A stretch of DNA of 64,000 bases from an uncultured Candidatus Izemoplasmatales bacterium (GTDB taxonomy: Bacteria; Bacillota_I; Bacilli_A; Izemoplasmatales; Hujiaoplasmataceae). Where the stretch lies: positions 28,366 through 92,365 of the forward strand of contig CAYWUZ010000002.1 of assembly GCA_964461565.1 (NCBI GenBank). Reading direction: 5' to 3'. Under the pieces are notes generated by a model. It saw only the letters and a list, made by a program, of their open reading frames with translations. It had not been told where the DNA came from and did no database searches. Position 1 is the stretch's first letter. Every line of letters starts with the position of its first letter. Both the position numbers and the translations under genes were made by a program. Shown one piece after another: positions 58,675-64,000 of this stretch.

Positions 58675-59661
58675 ATGCAAAGTGATGGGTTTCTTAAAAG
58701 CAACAAAAAGTATGTTAATTTATTTATTTTAATCGCTTATCTTGTCTATTTATTTTCAAGTTCATTGATTTCAGGTTTTATTTCCTTAAATCACGAAAAT
58801 CGAACTGAAGATTGGGTGAGTGATACCTTTGAATATACATGGACAGAAGCTGAAGATGGATATATTCTTAATTATCAGACAATTATTACAAATCATACCG
58901 ATGGTCTTATAGATAAAGTCAATGTTCGGTTCGTTATTTTAAATGAAGATGAAGAAGCTATAGCTGGTTTTATTGATTCTTATGAGGATTTAGAAGTTGG
59001 AGAAAGTAGAATTGTCGAAGGCACACATCATTTTACCGAATATGGAACATCAATAAATCAAAGCACTTATGTTCCATTTAATACTGAACTTAGTAATTCT
59101 TTACAGTTAATTTTTGCATTGATTATTGCGGTTGTTTTGTTTTTTATTAACAAACAATCTTATAAAGATGACTTCGTTCATTTTAAGAATGAACCAAAAA
59201 AACATTTTGGTTATATATTCTCTGGTTTTATTCTTATTTATGTTGCGGCTACAATCGCAAATATAATTATGATTTCCTTAGGTGTTGAAGAAACTAGCAT
59301 GAATGAAATGGCGATTCAGTCAATGTTTTCACCTCATTGGATTAGTGTTATTACTTTATTTTTATCTTTGGTAATCATTACGCCTATTGTTGAAGAAACA
59401 GTCTTTAGAAAAGGTTTATACGGCATTGTTAGACCTGGATTAGGTGATGTCGGGGCTGTATTAGTTTCAGGTTTAATTTTTGGCTTTTTACATGTTGCTG
59501 GTTGGGGAGATTTTATTCAAGTCATTCCTTATGCATTCATGGGACTTTCATTCAGTTTTATTTATTATTACTCAGGAAGAAACGTTTATGTTGTTATTGC
59601 AATTCATGCATTAAACAACTTAATTCCTTATCTTATCTATACAACAGATTTATTTAGTTAG
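58675..59661 (+). CDS. CPBP-family intramembrane glutamic endopeptidase with an N-terminal extracytoplasmic domain
   Basis: Motifs VEETVFRKG, FGFLH and HALNN in the C-terminal TM bundle. Confidence 0.8.
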   Translation: MQSDGFLKSNKKYVNLFILIAYLVYLFSSSLISGFISLNHENRTEDWVSDTFEYTWTEAEDGYILNYQTIITNHTDGLIDKVNVRFVILNEDEEAIAGFIDSYEDLEVGESRIVEGTHHFTEYGTSINQSTYVPFNTELSNSLQLIFALIIAVVLFFINKQSYKDDFVHFKNEPKKHFGYIFSGFILIYVAATIANIIMISLGVEETSMNEMAIQSMFSPHWISVITLFLSLVIITPIVEETVFRKGLYGIVRPGLGDVGAVLVSGLIFGFLHVAGWGDFIQVIPYAFMGLSFSFIYYYSGRNVYVVIAIHALNNLIPYLIYTTDLFS

Positions 59662-59680
59662 TATATTATGATTACTTATA

Positions 59681-59712
59681 AAAATAGAAGACAAATTGTC
59701 TTCTATTTTTTT
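59681..59712. terminator. Bidirectional terminator (CPBP gene on plus, phoR on minus)
   Basis: aaaatagaagaca-aat-tgtcttctatttttt. The stem overlaps the phoR stop. Confidence 0.7.
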
Positions 59713-61403
59713 ATAATTGGAAATAACACTTTAATGGTTGTCCCTTGATCTTCTTCGCTTTCTAAAGTAAAGACACCTTGATGATTAAGCACAATATGTT
59801 TGACAATCGATAAACCTAAACCAGTTCCACCAATTAAACGACTTCTTGCCTTATCTACTCTATAAAAACGTTCAAATATTCTATTTTGTTCTTTTAATGG
59901 GATGCCGATACCATCATCTTTAATTTGAATTTGTGTTTTGTTTTCAACTTCACTTACACTAATCCAAACATGGCCACCAACTTTTCCATATTTAACTGCA
60001 TTTTCAACTAAGTTTTTAATTAATTGGAATAAGTCTTCATAATTAAAATAGATGGAATCTATGTCGACTTCTTTGATAATGGTTATGTTATTTCTTTGTG
60101 AATAAATAGACAAATTATTAATAACATCATCGATCACGTGATTAACAGATATCTCATTCAAAGCAATGGATTCTTGTTTGTTCTCAAGTTCAGATAATAA
60201 AAGCATATCCATGACTAAATGACTCATTCTATTGGCTTCGTGATGAATTCTTTCTACTAAATCAAGAACAGTTTTTTCATCTTTTGCCATCCCTTGAACA
60301 ATCAATTCAGATGAACCAATAATTGATGTTAAAGGAGATTTTAACTCATGAGAAGCGTTGACAAAGAAATCTCTTTTAAGCGTTTCAATGTCTTTGATGG
60401 CAGTCACATCACTATAGATGACAATCACACTCATTAAATCATCCCAATTATGATCTAGATAATTAATTGAAACGCTGAAATATTGTTCATCTTTTTTAAT
60501 GATAGAATGCATGCTTTCTTTACTTTGATAGACTTGTTCGATGGCTTCTTGAAGCTCAATTTCTCTAAAAAGAAAACGATAGTCTTTATTCATATTTATA
60601 TCTATATTAAATCTATAGAGTGATTTTAGATGTGTATTGAGTAAGATAATGTGTTTATCTTTATTAAGAACACAAATTCCTTGATTCATATGATCTAAGA
60701 GAAAATCAGTTTTTCTTTTTTCTGATTTTAGTGAAGAAATATGTTCAGATATTGATTGATTGATTTTATTGATTTCACTGATTAGATCATCGATTTCATT
60801 ATGCTTTTTCATTAACTGAATTTCAGTATATTTACCTTCATTAACATCGATTAATATGTCTTTGATATCTTCTAGTGGTTTTAGACTATACTTGATTAAT
60901 ACAGAAACTGACATTATCGATAAAATAATAATCACGATACCAATCACAACAGATAAACCAATAAAGTCATTTAAGAATAGAAGTACAGAAGCTCTTGGAA
61001 TCGCTACTCTTAAATAATCACCTTGGTCTAGTTCCATGGCTAAATACATCATATCAATATTTAGAGTGTCAGATTTTCTAATATATGAGACTCCTGGATT
61101 TAAAATCTCAGGGCGATCACTATGATTATCTAGATTTGAAGCCAATGAATCAGATAAAACTTGACCTTCACTGTCAATAAATGTAATTCTTAAATAATCA
61201 TCTAAGTCTTGATATTTGTCGATAATTGTTTGATAATCATTACCATCATTTACTTCTATTTCGATGATGTCTAAATAATGTTGTAAATTCAATTCTGTAA
61301 CATTATTTAATGAACTTCTCGCTATTAGGGTTGCGCCAATAATAAAAACAATCATTGCGCTTAAAATAATGGTTATGAACTCTAAACTAATCTTCCTTTT
61401 CAT
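59703..61403 (-). CDS. phoR: PhoR-type sensor histidine kinase
   Basis: 566 aa. Two TM segments, a PAS-like segment, H-box FFVNASHELKSPLT, and N and G boxes (GGTGLGLSIVK). Lies downstream of phoU and the response regulator. Confidence 0.82.
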   Translation of the reverse strand: MKRKISLEFITIILSAMIVFIIGATLIARSSLNNVTELNLQHYLDIIEIEVNDGNDYQTIIDKYQDLDDYLRITFIDSEGQVLSDSLASNLDNHSDRPEILNPGVSYIRKSDTLNIDMMYLAMELDQGDYLRVAIPRASVLLFLNDFIGLSVVIGIVIIILSIMSVSVLIKYSLKPLEDIKDILIDVNEGKYTEIQLMKKHNEIDDLISEINKINQSISEHISSLKSEKRKTDFLLDHMNQGICVLNKDKHIILLNTHLKSLYRFNIDINMNKDYRFLFREIELQEAIEQVYQSKESMHSIIKKDEQYFSVSINYLDHNWDDLMSVIVIYSDVTAIKDIETLKRDFFVNASHELKSPLTSIIGSSELIVQGMAKDEKTVLDLVERIHHEANRMSHLVMDMLLLSELENKQESIALNEISVNHVIDDVINNLSIYSQRNNITIIKEVDIDSIYFNYEDLFQLIKNLVENAVKYGKVGGHVWISVSEVENKTQIQIKDDGIGIPLKEQNRIFERFYRVDKARSRLIGGTGLGLSIVKHIVLNHQGVFTLESEEDQGTTIKVLFPIIKK

Positions 61404-62086
61404 AGTTCTAATTTAAATCCTATTCCATGGATAGTATCAATGATATCTTTACGCTTTGTTAAAAGCGCTAGTTTTTTTCTAAGTTCATTCATATGGACAT
61501 CTAAGGTTCTACTTTCACCAATAAATTCATAACCCCACACTGCATTCATTAGTTCTTCTCTTGATAATATATCACCTTGATGAAGCATCAGATACTTAAG
61601 TAATTCAAATTGTTTATTCGTTAGAGTCATTGTTTCTTCTCGAAAACTCACTTGATGTGTTTTAGTATCGAGTTCTAATTCTTTAATTGTTATAAACTGT
61701 TCAGTTTTATCAACAAATGTTCTTCTTAATAACGCCTTCACTCGACTGATTAATTCTAAAATACCAAAAGGCTTAATTAAGTAATCATCCGCACCGATAT
61801 CTAAACCGATTACTTTATCAAGTTCAGATGATTTAGCAGAAACAATCAAAATAGGAATATCTTTGTATTGAGGAAATTTTTTTAGTTTTTTTATAATAGT
61901 TAACCCATCCATATCAGGTAACATTATATCAAGCACAAATAGATTTGGTTGTTTGATTTCTAATTCCTGAAACATCGATTTAGCATGTTCAAAACACGCC
62001 ACATTAAATTGCGAATTTTCTAAAGCAATTTTTATGACATTTTGAATGTTAGGATCATCTTCAACAACATAAATTAATGGATTCAT
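61400..62086 (-). CDS. phoP: OmpR-family response regulator (PhoP/PhoB type)
   Basis: 228 aa. Receiver domain with phospho-Asp in LFVLDIMLPDMDG, and a winged-helix C-terminus. Confidence 0.85.
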   Translation of the reverse strand: MNPLIYVVEDDPNIQNVIKIALENSQFNVACFEHAKSMFQELEIKQPNLFVLDIMLPDMDGLTIIKKLKKFPQYKDIPILIVSAKSSELDKVIGLDIGADDYLIKPFGILELISRVKALLRRTFVDKTEQFITIKELELDTKTHQVSFREETMTLTNKQFELLKYLMLHQGDILSREELMNAVWGYEFIGESRTLDVHMNELRKKLALLTKRKDIIDTIHGIGFKLEL

Positions 62087-62095
62087 TATTATACC

Positions 62096-62749
62096 TCAAT
62101 CTTTAACGTGTTTACCTAATATTGAAAATATTACCCATTCTGCTAAATTAACTGCATGGTCGCCAATCCGTTCAAGATACTTAGCAACCATCATTAAATA
62201 GATGGCGTAATCAGCATCGATTTTGCTTTCTCTAATTGAGTCCGCTACTTGTTTACGGATTGAATAAAAGTCTTTATCAACTATATCATCTTCTTGAATC
62301 ACTTTTTCAGCAATTTTTAAATCTTGGTTCACAAATGATTCCAAAGCTAATTTAATCATTTCTTCACTTGTTTTAACCATTTGCGATACTTCTTTAACAA
62401 CGAAAGGTTTTTCATTTTTTTCCATAAATATTGTTAATTTTGCGATATCAACCGCATGATCTCCGATACGTTCTAAATCAGTAATCATTTTTAAGATTGA
62501 TGTAATCAATCTTAAATCTTTTGCGACTGGTTGTTCTCTTAAAATAATACGCATACATTCTCTTTCAATAGCGTATTCCATTTCATTAACTTCTTCATCT
62601 TTCTTAATCATTTTGTCGGCTAATTCTGCATTCATATCTAAGAATGATTGTAAAGAAATATGGATATGTTTTGTGACTAAGTCACCCATCTTTATAAGAC
62701 TAATTTTTAACTCTTCTAACTCTTGATCAAACCTTGTACGAAATGTCAT
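62096..62749 (-). CDS. phoU: Phosphate signalling complex protein PhoU
   Basis: 217 aa with duplicated ERIGDHA motifs. Confidence 0.92.
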   Translation of the reverse strand: MTFRTRFDQELEELKISLIKMGDLVTKHIHISLQSFLDMNAELADKMIKKDEEVNEMEYAIERECMRIILREQPVAKDLRLITSILKMITDLERIGDHAVDIAKLTIFMEKNEKPFVVKEVSQMVKTSEEMIKLALESFVNQDLKIAEKVIQEDDIVDKDFYSIRKQVADSIRESKIDADYAIYLMMVAKYLERIGDHAVNLAEWVIFSILGKHVKD

Positions 62750-62795
62750 GTTTCCTCCTTTTGATTATATACGATAATCTATTTTTATTCAATTA

Positions 62796-63554
62796 TTATC
62801 CAAAACGCCCTGTGATATAGTCTTCTGTTTGTTTTTTATTAGGTTTAGAGAAGATTAAATCTGTTTCATCATACTCTATTAATTCTCCCATTAAAAAGAA
62901 AGCAGTGTTATCAGAAATTCTCGCAGCTTGTTGCATAGAATGTGTAACGATGATGATTGCGTAGTTCTGTTTTAAATCATTAATTAATTCTTCGATTTTC
63001 ATTGTAGCGATTGGATCTAAGGCACTTGTTGGTTCATCCATAAGAATGACCTCAGGTTCCATTGCGATGGCTCTAGCGATGCATAAACGTTGTTGCTGAC
63101 CACCAGATAGTTCCATAGCACTTTCTTTGAGTCTGTCTTTGACTTCTTCCCATAGAGCAGCTCTTTTAAGTGATTCTTCAACGATTTCATCTAGTTTTTG
63201 TTTATTTTTAATACCTTGACATCTTGGACCATAAACAATGTTATCGTAAATAGTCATTGGGAATGGGTTTGGTTTTTGGAATACCATTCCAACTTTAGTT
63301 CTTAATGAAATTATATCATATCCTTTATCATAAATATTATGATCATGATAAGATATTTTTCCTGTGATTTTACAGTCATCAATTAAGTCATTCATTCTGT
63401 TTAATGTTCTTAAAAATGTTGATTTACCACACCCTGATGGGCCAATAAGTGCAGTAACTTTATTTCTTTCTATATTTAGATTTATCTTTTTTAAAGCTTG
63501 AAATGATCCATAGAATAAATCTAAGTCTTTGATTTCGAATACTTGATCTGCCAT
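62796..63554 (-). CDS. pstB: Phosphate ABC transporter ATP-binding protein
   Basis: 252 aa with [23 protein letters not shown] and C-terminal ...[10 protein letters not shown]. Confidence 0.95.
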   Translation of the reverse strand: MADQVFEIKDLDLFYGSFQALKKINLNIERNKVTALIGPSGCGKSTFLRTLNRMNDLIDDCKITGKISYHDHNIYDKGYDIISLRTKVGMVFQKPNPFPMTIYDNIVYGPRCQGIKNKQKLDEIVEESLKRAALWEEVKDRLKESAMELSGGQQQRLCIARAIAMEPEVILMDEPTSALDPIATMKIEELINDLKQNYAIIIVTHSMQQAARISDNTAFFLMGELIEYDETDLIFSKPNKKQTEDYITGRFG

Positions 63555-63557
63555 AGT

Positions 63558-64000
63558 CTAACTCCTTTGTGATGTTCTTTTTAAATATCTATGAGATATT
63601 AATTTAATTGAAATATTCAGTAACAAGACAATCATGAGTATAATTAATGATATTGTACTTGCTAATTCTATATTTGCTGGTTCATCTGTCATTAATGACC
63701 AAATCTGAACTGATAGGGTGGTTGAGTTACCGTAAATAGATATATCATCTTTAATGGCTGTTCCTATCGCAAATATTAAGGCTGCACTTTCACCGATGAT
63801 TCTCCCTATAGAAAGCAGTGTAGCTGTTAATATACCTGGTAAGCTTGATGGTAATACGACTTTAAAGGTTGTTTGAGTACTATTTGCCCCTAAGGCTAAT
63901 GAGGCCTGTCTAAAATCATCGGGTACTACTTTTAAAGATTCTTCAGTTGCTTTAATAATAACTGGCAGTAAGATAACTGCTAAAGTTAAACTACCTGAAA
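63558..64000 (-). CDS. pstA: Phosphate ABC transporter permease PstA (3' part; the gene continues beyond the window)
   Basis: Hand translation of the minus strand gives ...LPVIIKATEESLKVVPDDFRQASLALGANSTQTTFKVVLPSSLPGILTATLLSIGRIIGESAALIFA...ISHRYLKRTSQRS*, with the stop at 63558..63560. It is not in the track because the start lies outside the window. Confidence 0.85.
   Translation of the reverse strand, partial: SGSLTLAVILLPVIIKATEESLKVVPDDFRQASLALGANSTQTTFKVVLPSSLPGILTATLLSIGRIIGESAALIFAIGTAIKDDISIYGNSTTLSVQIWSLMTDEPANIELASTISLIILMIVLLLNISIKLISHRYLKRTSQRS

Overview
AT-rich (about 30% G+C by eye) chromosomal core region of a low-GC Firmicutes/Mollicutes-type bacterium. The gene content resembles Acholeplasma or Erysipelotrichia, which is inference only. 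The standard genetic code applies, because TGA is used as a stop at several overlapping gene junctions. About 55 of 60 genes lie on the minus strand. I saw no CRISPR array, transposase, integrase or prophage module. In window order, the contents are as follows. (1) A starch/maltodextrin locus: pullulanase (5'-partial), a GH13 lipoprotein, MalG/MalF-like permeases, a binding lipoprotein and oligo-1,6-glucosidase. (2) An EFR1-type ferredoxin, three tandem tRNA-Arg genes, coaD-rsmD, and a self-contained promoter-to-terminator unit for a ~170-nt structured RNA (6S-like candidate). (3) ppdK, an ABC exporter pair, a lone tRNA-Thr, glgC-glgA, a P-type ATPase and a TGS/uridine-kinase fusion. (4) Small accessory-looking genes (a DUF2188 membrane protein, a cysteine-less radical-SAM-like protein, a P-loop kinase) and a NatAB-like ABC pair. 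(5) infC-rpmI-rplT with an ATT start and an L20-type attenuator leader, then glmU-glmM-glmS. (6) An uncharacterised four-gene cassette (secreted Ser/Thr-rich beta protein, anchored protein, ABC ATPase, permease) downstream of a patatin gene. (7) mnmA-nadE-nadD, an M42 peptidase, a pseudouridine synthase, Ntdp, trmL, a DEAD-box helicase and ispH. (8) recN-dxs-xseB-xseA-nusB, an 890-aa TPR/PAS-like protein with degenerate GGDEF and EAL domains, ysnB-like, rdgB, ktrA and a CPBP protease. (9) pstA(partial)-pstB-phoU-phoP-phoR. Most of the window is ordinary housekeeping. The items most worth follow-up are the 6S-like RNA unit, the secreted-protein/ABC cassette with its SD-sequestering terminator hairpin, the catalytically dead GGDEF-EAL giant protein, and two non-ATG initiation sites.
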